Shown here: piece after piece, positions 12,591 through 25,820 of the stretch
Numbering within the stretch: the stretch's first letter is position 1
Layout of the letters: each line of letters opens with the position of its first letter
Origin: Octopus vulgaris
Lineage: Eukaryota
Assembly (NCBI GenBank): GCA_951406725.2
Contig: OX597823.1
Span: 108,190,001 to 108,254,000 of the forward strand
Reading direction: 5' to 3'
Length of the DNA: 64,000 nt
Position numbers and translations under genes: made by a program
Notes under the pieces: model-generated
Seen by the model: the letters and a program-made list of their open reading frames with translations, nothing else
The model's database searches: none
What the model was told of the DNA's origin: nothing

Positions 12591-13126
12591 CACTCACCAA
12601 GTCCTTTGTGAGCCGCTCTCCGGCTATCTATCTGTGGCTTTATATAGCTATGGTACGACCTCATCTGGAATTTGCCTCACCAGTCTGGAACCCCTATCCT
12701 GCCCAGGATATTAATCATCTGGAAGCTGTTCAGCAACGTGCAACCAAGAGAATACCCTCTATCAGGCATTTGCCATATTCTGAATGCCTTACTTGCCTGG
12801 GCATGGACACATTGAAACTCCGACATCTGACTTGGCAGACACCCATAAAATTATTAACCATCTTACAAACAATAACTCTGAGCACCTTTTCAAACTCCAC
12901 CTGTCTAACACCCATGGACATGTTCCTTCAAAACTGCCATGCTTCTTGAGATTTGCCAACACTACACCTGATTTTATCTCCTCCATACACACACAAGCAT
13001 GTACCTGACTCATACACTGTTCACTTCCCAGATATTTGTACATTACTGCATATACTTTCTATGCACTTTTGACAAGTTGTGGTGCACCTGAGCACTGTAT
13101 ACAATAATTTCATTATTTTTTATTAT
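12591..13126 (+). mobile_element. 5'-truncated CR1-group LINE 3' end
   Basis: LYIAMVRPHLEFASPVWNPY...LEAVQQRATKRIP...LPYSE.L is the typical CR1 RT C-terminus. Frameshifted, with an ATT-rich tail. Confidence 0.85.
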
Positions 13127-13599
13127 ACTGACATGTTGCCTAAGACTGGGTCTTTGAAAAAGAATGTACATGATACATAGGCTGAAAATCTGTTCTCAGG
13201 TCTTCTATATCTTCTGTTTATTCATTCCAGGTATTCCTGTGTCTGTTAATCTATTCCTAGGGAAGTTTCGTTGTTTGGTAATCCATTTCCAGAAAAGTCA
13301 CATTGATGATCTGTTCCCAGCTCTGCTATATTGTATGCTAATCCATTCTCCCATTTGTTACATTCTGTGTTGATACATTGCCAAGTTTACATTCTACTGC
13401 AGCTCGGTTGTCATAAGAGGACTAGAAATCTATTTTCTTTTGATTTTAACGCCAGAAACTGAAAGACATCTGAAAACCATTTGACAATGCAGTCAAACAG
13501 ATATATATATATATTTATACATACATACACATGCATATATATATATATATACACACACATAAAAAAGCCATATATATATATACACACATATATATATAT

Positions 13600-13995
13600 G
13601 TGGCTGTGTGGTAAGTAGCTTGTTTGACAACCACATGGTTCCGGGTTCAGTCCCACTGCGTGGCACCTTGGGCAAGTATCTTCTACTATAGCCTCGGGCT
13701 GACCAAAGCCTTGTGAGTGGATTTGGCAGACGGAAACTGAAAGAAGCCCGTCATATATATGTATATATATATGCGTGTGTGTGTTTGCGTGTCAGTGTTT
13801 GTCCCCCTAGCAATGCTTGACAACCGATGCTGGTGTGTTTGTGTTCCCCGTTACTTAGCGGTTGGGCAAAAGAGACCGATAGAATAAGTACTGGGCTTAC
13901 AAAAGAATAAGTCCCGGGGTCGAGTTGCTCGATTAAAGGCGGTGCTCCAGCATGGCCTCAGTCAAATGACTGAAACAAGTAAAAGAGTAAAAGAG

Positions 13996-13996
<1 letters not shown>
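13600..13996 (+). mobile_element. SINE family A
   Basis: Homologous to 6255-6645. Confidence 0.9.
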
Positions 13997-14027
<31 letters not shown>

Positions 14028-14932
14028 TATATATATTTATATATACATATATATACATATCTGTAAAATAATATGTGACAATTATTCGGTAGTCACATAT
14101 TATTTTACTGATAAATTTCCTCTATTTACATAATATTGAGGTCCCTTTCTTTCTTTTGTTATCTTACTGTTTTTACCAATATATACATATTTATCATATT
14201 AGAAGAAATGAGGTACTCAGAAAATTGGATGGTTTATATTTACAGATATTTATTTGTATATTACATTTTTTATATATATATCATATCACTTAGATCATTA
14301 GCGCTTTCTCCAAATAAATATATATATCTGTTTGATTGCAATGGTTAATGTCTTTCAAATATCTTTCAGCTTCTGGCTTTAAAAACAAATGTACATAGAT
14401 ATATCTTCGATCACATTGTTTAGAAATGTTGTAACTTGCACTGGTGTCTCTAAATTCAATACAAAATTTACAATGGTGAACTTAAAAAAGCCACATATAT
14501 ATAGTGCGTGCGTGAGTGAGTGCTTGTCTCAAGTAGACAGATAAATGGACTTGCTGTTGTAGCCAAGATGCTTGTGACCAGCGGTCAAATATAACAAAAG
14601 TAATAAATGAAGATAATAAAATTAAAATTAGGGAATGGGTTTGTATTTGTATGTATATATATATGTGTGTATGTGTAGGTATGTATAGGTACACATATGT
14701 ATATATATATATATATATGTATATATATGTATATATATGTGTATATGTATATATGTGTATATAGGGACTTGTGTGTTGTGTGTGCATGTGTGTATGTGGA
14801 TATGTGCGTGTATGTGTGTATGTGTATGTGTGTGTATGTATATATTTTTTTGTGTGTATATGTATGTGTGGTCGTGTGTGTATATATACATGTGTGTGTG
14901 TATATGTATATGCATATGTGTGTGTATATATG

Positions 14933-14963
<31 letters not shown>

Positions 14964-15279
14964 ATGTAGATATGTGTATGTATATATATGTGTATGTATA
15001 TATGTGTGTGTGTGTATGTATGTGTGTATGTATATGTGTGTGTATGTGTGTATATATGTATACATATGTGTATAGGTATAAGTGAGAATCTCCTTATTTA
15101 CCTAAAACTCCTATATTTTTTTATTCTTTTATTTATTCTTTTATCTAATTTACCACTGACTCCTTCACCACTCCCCCAAGTATGATATTTTTGCGCTATG
15201 CCTACCCCCAAAAAGTCCCCCACCACCACCCCTTTAAACCTGCCTAAATGTATAAATGCCAATACAATTCTTGTTAACT

Positions 15280-15330
15280 AGCTTCCTGAAGATTTCTCTT
15301 GAATGAAACAGTTCTAGTCCTGTAGAAGCT
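15280..15330 (+). ncRNA. Type I hammerhead motif, family H2
   Basis: AGCTTC-CTGAAGA-TTTC(TCTT)GAAT-GAAA-CAG(TTCTAGTC)CTG-TA-GAAGCT. Perfect 6-bp stem I, stem III and a GUA site. The base of stem II is mismatched. Confidence 0.7.
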
Positions 15331-15416
15331 CCTTCTATATAATAAATTAATTTTACTCTGCTATGTATTGAGTACCTTATTTACTGTGGTTAACCCCAAA
15401 TCAACCCGGGACCTAC

Positions 15417-15449
<33 letters not shown>

Positions 15450-15664
15450 CATAACTTACTGTTAATAAAAACCAGGGTGTGTTGTGTTCTGTTACTTAAT
15501 AAGTGAAAAATGTATGGTGAAAAACGAATATTGACTGCATAGACATATGGGAAAATGTCTATAGAGTGTACAGACGGATGGAATACAGAGATAGAAAGTC
15601 CCTAATTATTCCTCAGTTATCAACTTGATAGTATTAATCAGTTTTGCACCATTATTAATATTGG

Positions 15665-16071
15665 ACTCTTTTTTAACTTGTTTCAGTCATTTGACTGTGG
15701 CCATGCTGGAGCACCACCTTTAGTCGAGCAAATCAACCCCGCGACTTATTCTTTGTAAGCCCAGTACTTATTCTATTGGTCTCTTTTTGCCGAACCGCTA
15801 AGTGACGGGGACGTAAACACACCAGCATCGGTTGTCAAGCAATGCTAGGGGGACAAACACAGACACACAAACATACAAGCACACATACATATATATATAC
15901 ATATATATATACGACAGGCTTCTTTCAGTTTCCATCTACCAAATCCACTCACAAGGCATTGGTCGGCCCGAGGCTATAGCAGAAGACACTTGCCCAAGAT
16001 GCCACACAGTGGGATTGAACCCGGAACCATGTGGTTGGTAAGCAAGCTACTTACCACACAGCCACTCCTGC
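15665..16071 (-). mobile_element. SINE family A, full length
   Basis: Reverse-complement homolog of 6255-6645. Confidence 0.9.
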
Positions 16072-16681
16072 GAACAGACAATACATAGATAACAGGAGAT
16101 ACAGAAGTAGACATACGAAAGCGAATAAATGTAATTCAAGAAGATGGACGAAGGACAAAGATGAAATGAATAAGAAACGAACATTAATGGTATGAAACTG
16201 AGTAATACCACCTGGTTGATAACTGATGAAGAATTAGAGACCCTCTGTGTCTGTTTTCCATCTGTTTGTGCACTCAATATACATTTTTCCATTTTTTCTA
16301 CATTCATTATATGATTTTTTTATTTTTGTGCATTTACTATACATTTTTTCACTTATTAAGTAATGGAACAAAATGCACTTTGGTTTTTATGAAAAGTAAG
16401 TTATTTATATATTTGTGTGACTTTTGAATCAAAGCTGTCCTACATATGCATACACTCATATATGTATATATGATGGTCTTCTTTTAGTTTCTGTCTGCCA
16501 AATCCACTCACAAGGCTTTGGTCACCCTGGGGCTATAGTAGAAGACATTTGCCCAAGGTGCCATGCTGTGGGACTGAACCTGAAACCATGTGGTTGGGAA
16601 GCGATCTTCTTACCGCACAGCTATACACACACACACACACACACACACATATCTATAATAATTATTTTGTCTTTACTGCTA

Positions 16682-16894
16682 CTGTCCCTTATGGGTGGGA
16701 TTCCGTGCATTATGTTGTGTTGCATCCATTTTTCAGTTAGGGATCCCTAATTCGATGGGCAAATAACAATGTGACTGCCCAAACTTAAGATATTTGGCAA
16801 GAGACAACTTTATGTATGGATGAATCCGATGTGATCCAGACTGAAGATGGATGCAATGCAACATGATGCACAGAACCCCACCCACAGGGGACAG
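16682..16894. mobile_element. MITE with ~62-bp imperfect TIRs
   Basis: CTGTCCCTTATGGGTGGGATTCCGTGCATTATGTTG... pairs with ...CAACATGATGCACAGAACCCCACCCACAGGGGACAG. TA flank on the left only. Confidence 0.75.
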
Positions 16895-17067
16895 ATGCAG
16901 GATGGGTCGAAACGATTGTCGTACAAAATAAAGACTAATACCAAATCCATCTTCTTGTTACTTAATTATTATTATTATCTTAACTATCACTGTGGAATTC
17001 CTGGAGTAGATCCAATGGAAACATACCCCGACTGTGGATGACACTAGGTAGCCCAAACCATATATAA

Positions 17068-17454
17068 TAGGAGCACTTCGTCGGTTACGACGATGAGGGT
17101 CCCAGTTGATACGATCAACGGAACAGCTTGCTCGTGGAATTAACGTGCAAGTGGCTGAGCATTCCACAGACACGTGTACCCTTAACGTAGTTCTCGAGGA
17201 GATTCAGCGTGACACAGAGTGTGACAAGGCTGGCCCTTTGAAATACAGGTGCAACAGAAACAGGAAGAAAGAGTGAGAGAAAGTTGTGGTGAAAGAGTAC
17301 AGCAGGGTTCACCACCACCACCACCTGCAGGAGCCTTGTGAAGCTTTAGGTGTTTTCGCTCAATAAACACTCACAATGCCCGGTCTGGGAATCGAAACCG
17401 CGATCCTGCGACGGCAAGTCCGCTGTCCTAACCACTGGGCCATTGCGCCTCCAC
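17068..17454 (-). mobile_element. tRNA-derived SINE family C, full length
   Basis: Minus-strand head GGAGGCGCAATGGCCCAGTGGTTAGG...GGTTTCGATTCCC has A and B boxes. Related fragments at 351-510, 21630-21890, 25140-25360 and 50840-51016. Confidence 0.85.
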
Positions 17455-17718
17455 AGCCCAAACCATACCAGCACATTAACTAATCAACATATTCTCATTA
17501 GTACAAAATATTACACACACACACACACATAATGTGTGTATGTCTGTAGTATGTATGTGAGAAAGTAAGGTCATACACATATGTTCATATGCCATACCAA
17601 TACTGATATACACAGGTATTTACAACTGTTCGCATTTTGCTAAGTTTCTCATTTTCATTTGCTTATTTTTAAGAGTTAGTTGTAGAGGGGAGAACATTTC
17701 ATATAACAATATAAAAAT

Positions 17719-17755
<37 letters not shown>

Positions 17756-18035
17756 GTGTCTCCTTATCTTCATATCGCATTATAGTTGTAAACAAGTGCC
17801 ACCGTCGTATAAGTGGTGTTGTTCATTTCCAGTCTTCCATGGAAACATGTCTGGATATGGGGAAATATTCCTTACTTGAGGGAAGTTCTCAGGAGAGGCA
17901 TTCTGCTTTAACAAATTTCATCTGACCCATTCAAGTATAGAAAAATGGGCATTAAGGCAACAACAATGATGATGATGATGCTGATGATGACATACATATA
18001 TTTAATACACACATATTTAGTATATATGTATACAC

Positions 18036-18465
<430 letters not shown>

Positions 18466-18498
18466 ATATATCCATGTATGTATGTGAGTGTACATATA

Positions 18499-18605
<107 letters not shown>

Positions 18606-19074
18606 ATAGATAGATATAGATTAATATAAATATATAGATGTGTACACACACACACACGCATATATATATACCTCAGTTGACTACTGATGATGGGTTCATC
18701 TAGTCTGCATCAGTTGTGTGTGTGTGTGTGTGTGTGTGTGCTTTTAGTTTTTCCATAAAATTCCATTGTCATCCCCCTGTGCCACATTTTTGGTATACAC
18801 ATATAGTGTGCGCACACACACTTACACACACACACACTCACATACACACATACATACTACATATATAAGTCTTTTTTATCTATCATCTATATATGCCCAC
18901 ACACACACACACACATACATACACACACACGTATATATATATTTAATATATATTCTTTGAAGACCAATCTAGAAAAACAGGTTTTTACATTGGTCATTCA
19001 CACACCTTTACTACAAGTTATTATTTTAGAAGATTTAATATTTGTTTATTTCACTCCCTTCTAATACTTCTCTC

Positions 19075-19121
<47 letters not shown>

Positions 19122-19242
19122 TTTTTCCCATAACACCATTCTCTCTTCCTCCACCTCCCTTATTGAATCTTCACCTCACCCTTTGTCTTCTGTGTCTGTT
19201 TTCTGTTTGTCTCTATCCTATCTCTCCCTCTCTCCTTTCTCC

Positions 19243-19289
<47 letters not shown>

Positions 19290-19539
19290 CTATCTATCTA
19301 TCTATTTATCTTCTCAGCTTCTTTTCCTCTTCAATTATTCAACAAGCCATCTCTTAAAATTACACCTTCATCTCTCTTCATCACTCTTGTTTCTCTGCCT
19401 TCTCCTCTCTCCACTCCTTACTCAACCACCATCTCCTCCCGCCACCCACTCCTTTCTCACACCAAACCAGATATTTTCAATCTATATTTTAGATATCTTT
19501 CACAAGTATTAAACTCTTTTGTCTTCTGTTATGATAATA

Positions 19540-19553
19540 TTGCCAACATCACT

Positions 19554-19597
<44 letters not shown>

Positions 19598-20040
19598 CAC
19601 CACCACCACCACTACCACTACCACTGCCACCACCACCACCACCACCACCACCATCACCACAACCACCACCACCACCATCACCACCACCACCACCACCACC
19701 ACCACTACCACCACCATCATCACCACCACCATCACCACCACTACCACCACCCGCACCACCACCACCACCACCATCATTATCATCACCAACAGCAGCAGCA
19801 ACAACAACAACAATAATGACAACAACAACATCATCATTATCTCACTATAACCATCAAACACTACCATCACTATAAGCAGTATCAGCAATACCACTAGCAC
19901 TACCATTAACGGCTACCACCACCAATACCATCATCAACAACAATGCCACCAACACCATTTAACATCATCCTATCACCATCACCACTTCACCGCTCCCGAT
20001 GGCATCGCTGCTATCACCACCATCACCATCACCATTACCA
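19540..20040. repeat. (CCA/TCA)n low-complexity tract
   Basis: Direct inspection. Confidence 0.9.
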
Positions 20041-20093
20041 TTTATTTATATACGATCAAATGTTTGGAGGTATGGAGCTATATATAAAGTCTG

Positions 20094-20468
20094 ACGGCAA
20101 GCTGGCAGAAACGTTAGCACGCCGGGCGAAATGCGTATCTGTCGATACGTTCCGAGTTCAAATTCCGCCGAGGTCAACTTTGCCTTTCATGCTTTTCATA
20201 AATTAAGTACCAGTTACGCACTGGGGTCGATGTAATCGACATAATTCGTTTGTCTCTCCTTGTTTGTCCCCTCTATGTTTAGCCCCTTGTGGGTAGTAAA
20301 GAAATAGGTATTTCGTCTGCCATTACGTTCTGAGTTCAAATTCCGCCGAGGTCGACTTCGATAAATTAAGTACCAGTTACGCACTGGGGTCGATATAATC
20401 GACTTAATACCTATGTCTGTCCTTGTTTGTCCCCTCTATGTTTAGCCCCTTGTGGGCAATAAAGAAAT
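20094..20468 (+). mobile_element. SINE family B dimer (full unit plus a 5'-truncated unit)
   Basis: Tail AAAGAAATA is joined directly to internal GGTATTTCGTCTGCC at ~20307. Confidence 0.85.
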
Positions 20469-20602
20469 ATATATAAAGTTGTTGACTTGAATTTGATGTT
20501 TGTTCTTTTTTCTCCGTCTCAATTACATTTGAGCACTTCATTTTTGCAGTCCTATAAGCCCTTTTGTTTCCATAAAAATAAAAAAAATTATTTCTTGTAG
20601 TA

Positions 20603-20646
<44 letters not shown>

Positions 20647-20788
20647 ACAGTATGGACGATTTGTTTTGGAGTCTCGCAATACCATGTATGCCTATGAGGA
20701 TTTACTTTCCCAATGAAACTCGGTTTTTTCTCAAACTCTTTCTCAAACCTGTTATAATGTGATACAAGTCTTTGGTGTGGTAATTGTA

Positions 20789-20883
20789 TACGGCTGAAGA
20801 AGGCTTTTGATCTATCTGTTGTATCAACTATGCACTGATATAAGAATTAGTTGTTCAATAAAGCCCGAAACATATGTACCGCA
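20789..20883 (+). ncRNA. Type I hammerhead motif with extended stem II, family H3, inside a ~320-bp element between (TA)n tracts
   Basis: CGG-CTGAAGA-A-GGCTTT...AAAGCC-C-GAAA-CATATG-TA-CCG, with palindromic stem III ACATATGT. Confidence 0.7.
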
Positions 20884-20968
20884 AAATCCTTTGCATCCTG
20901 TTTTTCTTTTGATACATATATCCTATCACCTATACAGGTGCTTACATTTATCAAGTATTCACCCTGAA

Positions 20969-21014
<46 letters not shown>

Positions 21015-21016
<2 letters not shown>

Positions 21017-21628
21017 TGTCCAAGGCCTTTGATGATGTACCATGCTCCAGAAGACCCATCAAGTCAAGTGAAATCTTAGTTGTGACTGTTGTCAGTGTTA
21101 CATGACTTTGCATCTGTGCAAAGCATTTTCAAAGCACTGGGCCTCACGGAGGCAATGTAGCTGATGTCATGTAACTAGCACTAATGCCATTGGTACATAA
21201 AAAGCACCTTTTGAGGGTTGAGCCTCATGGTAGCTATGTGGCCAATGACAGTGTCATATAAGTAGCACCTGTGCTGGTGGTATGTAAAAAGCACCTTTTA
21301 GCACTGGGCCTCACAGAAACAATAGCCAATGACAAAGACATTTGATGATATGCTGTGCTTTAGAAGAAGACCCATCAAGCCAAGTGAAATCCTAGCCATG
21401 GCAGATATTGGTGCCACACAACTAGCAACAGTGTCGGTGGCATTTAAATCACCCATTACACTCTCATTGTGGTTGGCATTAGGAAGGGCATCCAGCCTAA
21501 GAAGTCATGCAAAATCAGATTGGAGTCTGGTGCAGCTCCTCAGCTTACCAGCCCTGGTCAAAGCATTCAATCCATGTCAACATTGACAACAGATATTAAA
21601 TGGCAATGATAATGATGATGATGATGAT
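21015..21628 (+). mobile_element. Family D element, long diverged copy
   Basis: Several TAAAAAGCACC subrepeats, AGGAAGGGCATCCAGC motif, (GAT)n tail. Confidence 0.75.
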
Positions 21629-21924
21629 ATATAGCACTCTGTCAGCCATGACAATGAGGGTTCCACTTGATCCGATCACTGGAAAAGCCTGCTTGTGAAA
21701 TTCAAGTGACACAGAGTGGGACAAGGCTGGCTGGCCCTTTGAAATACAGGCACTACTCCTTTTTGCTAGCTGCGAGAACTGGAGCAACATAAAATAAAGT
21801 GTCTTGCTCAAGGACACACTGCATCACTGGTAATTGAACTCACGACCTTATGATGATAAGCTGAACACCTTAACCCCTAAGCCTTCATGATTAACATGTA
21901 GTCCCACACCATTACTCAAGAAGT

Positions 21925-22210
21925 CCTGGCCCACAGACATCCTCTCTTACCCCACTCTCCCTTTCTCTTTCTCTTTTTCTCTCTCTGCCTTCCATGCTAC
22001 TACTACAATGGACTCTGCTCTTCTGAGTTGGCAGGGTATGTTTGCTACCTCCACTCAGGCACAACCAACACACTTGCTTCTCTCATTACCCTTATCGAGT
22101 CCGTCCTAAGAGAAGCCCACACTCACCTCTTCAACCTGGTCTTTCTCTTCTGTACATCAGCTCTCTGCAATTCCTGCCCTACAACATACGTCACCATAAT
22201 GTTTACTGGT
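21925..22210 (+). mobile_element. Decayed CR1/L2-group LINE 3' fragment
   Basis: YYNGLCSSELAG..PPLRH...FSH..Y.V...TSALCNS.P resembles the LINE RT C-terminal YRYYNG.CS.EL...RTS.LWNSLP. Confidence 0.5.
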
Positions 22211-22922
22211 CTGAGAGAGCTTGTGAAGGCCATGTGTACAACTTCCTCAAGAAAAAAGATCAAAGGAAATAATCCAGTCCCCACCATCACCATCACCTTC
22301 ACCAAAAGTACCACCGCAACCATCAGCTTTCTCCACCACCACTCCCACCATCACCACAACAATAGCAACAACGTCAACACCAGCGCCAACAATACAAAAC
22401 CCATTTCTCCAACCACCACTACTGCTGTCAACACTGCCAACACCATCACCACTTCCACCACCACCACCACCACCACCACCACCACCACCACCAAGGCTTA
22501 CTTTTTACACAAGCAGAAATTTTATTTTAAATACTTCAAATATGAGAACACCTGTTGTTACCTGGACAGCCTATTTTTTATGATCTTTTAATTCCTTTGT
22601 TCTTGATATACTTTTGTTTGTATTAAAATTTATTTTTACATTACTTTCCCAGTTTTGAAATTCTAGTTTTGCCCGAAATGGGAAAAAGGAAACAAAAACT
22701 TCACAAAAGATCACAAAAGTATTATTTAATTCACAAAGGATTTAACCAGCAGGTAACTAAAATTCTAAAAGTTACCAATAGCGATGATCGTTTCAATCAA
22801 AATAACACTCCCTGGGCATTAGTATGAATGAAATAGTATATATTAATACATACCTTATTTACTGAGAACAAGAAGTATTTCCGGATATATTTTGTAATTT
22901 CATAAAATAATTCTAATCTATA

Positions 22923-23510
22923 GGTGCAGGAGTGGCTGTGTGGTAAGTAGCTTGTTTACCAGCCACATGGTTCCAGGTTCAGTCCCACTGTGTGGCACCT
23001 TGGGCAAGTGTCTTCTACTATAGTCTCAGGCCGACCAAAGCCTTGTGAGTGGATTTGGTAGACGAAAACTGAAAGAAGCCCGACGTATATATGTATACAC
23101 AGGCGTAGAAGTGGCTGTGTGGTAAGTAGCTTGTTTACCAATCACATGGTTCCAGGTTCAGTCCGACAGCGTGGCACCGTGGGCAAGTGACTTCTACTAT
23201 AGCCTCAGACCAACCAAAGCCTTCTGAGTGAATTTGGTAGACAGAAACTGAAAGAAGCTCGTCGTATATATGTATATGTATGTATATATGTGTGTGTGTG
23301 TGCTTGTGTGTCTGTGTCTGTTCTCCCACCCAACATTGTTTCACAACCGATGCTGGTGTGTTTAGGTCCCGGTAACTTAGCAGTTCAACAAAAGCGACTG
23401 ATAGAATAAGTACTAGGCTTACAAAGAATAAGTCCTGGGGTCGATTTGCTCGACTAAAGGCAGTGCTCCAGCATGGCCACAGTCAAATGACTGAAACAAG
23501 TAAAAGTTAA
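22923..23510 (+). mobile_element. SINE family A: 5' half (22923-23100) followed by a full copy
   Basis: Two successive tRNA-like heads. Confidence 0.9.
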
Positions 23511-23728
23511 AGTAGTGAAAACCAAATATTTTAATAGCAAATTTGTGTACATGCTCTCTATAAGCTCTCTATAAGATTTCTTTTAAGATTATTTTATGAA
23601 GCTACTCTCCTTCAGCTTTGATGATAACTACTTTAATGTGGAACCGAAATTATTGACATGTGAGTAATAAATAACCTTCAGTTATTTTGGACATCACCTG
23701 GATAATGGCCCTCAATGAAACTATATCC

Positions 23729-23953
23729 TTAAACCCATTTGCATTCAAACCAGCCACATCCGACCCAAATATTGTCCCTGCTTTATGTTCAAGCCAGCTA
23801 GATCGGGCTTCTCACACTGACCCTATAATATCATTCTAAAACTGTACAATTACATCTTTGAAATATCAAAGCTACAAGCTAATGCCTGATTAATTCAAAA
23901 CAATGTGAATAAATAAGAAATACATCTGACAGAATAATTTGAATGCTAAAGGG
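23729..23953. mobile_element. MITE M1, opposite orientation
   Basis: Reverse-complement homology to 3967-4196. Ends AATGCTAAAGGG. Confidence 0.7.
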
Positions 23954-25367
23954 TCCAGGGGACAACTTAAGTGGTGATAAATTACTTTTGTTGGAATTAT
24001 ATTTTCATTCAGGTAACCTCTAAAACATATTCAAGGGCCAGTATTCTAATTATAAAATGGTTGAACTTAGCACTGATATAACTCAGATAGGAAGTTATAA
24101 AATTCTAACCCTAAAATTTACGCTTCTAGTGTGACTTGAAAGAACAATGTTTTGTCAGTGAACTAGTGAGATTTCAAGTCCTGAATAAAAGCCCTTAACT
24201 TGTGACAATTCCACAAGTCTTAAGTTGGGTACACACAACATAGATTAACCAATGAAATGAATGTGTCATTGCATCATCTTGGAATTTTAAAAATAATGAT
24301 GGAAATGATGATATCTCTGAGTTACATTCTATTTTTTAGAGTAACTCCAGATCAGTTATGATTATGCAGATCTATGATCATAGATATCCCAGCTGTGAAC
24401 ATAGTCTTACTTTTCAGTTATATCATATTTAGAACTACATTATCCAATATGATCTTGCTTTTTTTTAAGACAGTGAAATGAGATTTGAAATAAATGTAAC
24501 CCCCCCACACATCATGCACCAACACACCACTACCTGTACACACTATGTCACAATGATTGATCCATATGCACTCACAAACACACATACATACATAAAGACA
24601 ATACATACAGACACAGATATACATAATGCACACACAGTTTCATACATATGCATCATATATATATATGCATCTAGATAAGTTTCTATTATTGAACTGGAAA
24701 ACACCACCTTCTCTGGATTAAACATTTAGTCTCATAAGCTTTAATTATTCCCCATTGTATTAACTACACTTGCCATATTAATTCCCATCATTCTAACAGT
24801 CTAAAGAAAATACATTCCTTTTCTATCTTCTCTCCATGTTTCTTTTTCTTTTTCTTTATTTACATTTTTTCCCCTCTTTCTTTTTTACTTTTTCTCTGAG
24901 AACAGCTATGTTGTATTTTGAACACAAATGATTGCCTGAAAATACACAGTACACTATACAAGCTTATCCGACCCTTGTATTATCGGGGACATGAAACCTA
25001 TTGTAGATTGCACTTAGATTCTGTGTGTATTAAAAGGTGTTTTTCTCCGACTGTAATACATTTTGATTTTCCTACCAATAATAGAATATTACGTTATACA
25101 TATACAAATAAAAAGAAGGATCAATGATCCCTCCCAATCCAAAGGCTCTTCAGGTTAGTTTCCCAGATTTCCTTGGTGTATATATTCCTCTGTGGATAGG
25201 ACACCAATCCATTGCAGGATTACTCACTTTCTCCAGGTGAGTGGCCTGGAGCAACATGAAATAAAGTGTTTTGCTAAAGAATACAATGTATCACCCAATC
25301 CAGGAATCAAAACCACAATCTTACAATCATTAATGCAACACCCTAACCACTAAGCAATGTGTCTCAA

Positions 25368-25388
25368 CATACATACATACACACACAC

Positions 25389-25419
<31 letters not shown>

Positions 25420-25456
25420 TACATACATACATGCATACATACACACACACACACAT

Positions 25457-25487
<31 letters not shown>

Positions 25488-25659
25488 TACATACATACAT
25501 ACATACATACATACATACACACACACACATACATACATACATACATACATACACACACACATACATACATACATACATACATACACACACACACATACAT
25601 ACATACATACATACACACATACATACATACATACATACATACATACATACACACATACA

Positions 25660-25693
<34 letters not shown>

Positions 25694-25820
25694 CATACAT
25701 ACACACACACACATACATACATACATACATGCATACACACACACACAAATACATACATACATACATACATACATACAAACATACATACCTACATACATAC
25801 ACACATATCTATATACACAT
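25368..25820. repeat. (CATA)n/(CA)n microsatellite
   Basis: Direct inspection. Confidence 0.95.

Noticed and set aside
13240-13400. Minus-strand WQCINTECNKW, reminiscent of a CW zinc finger
   Set aside because: Short and stop-bounded, with the remaining motif residues not evident.
17370-17454. tRNA-like sequences here and at SINE A/B heads and 50774-50836
   Set aside because: They are SINE heads continuous with SINE bodies, with no convincing complete cloverleaf.
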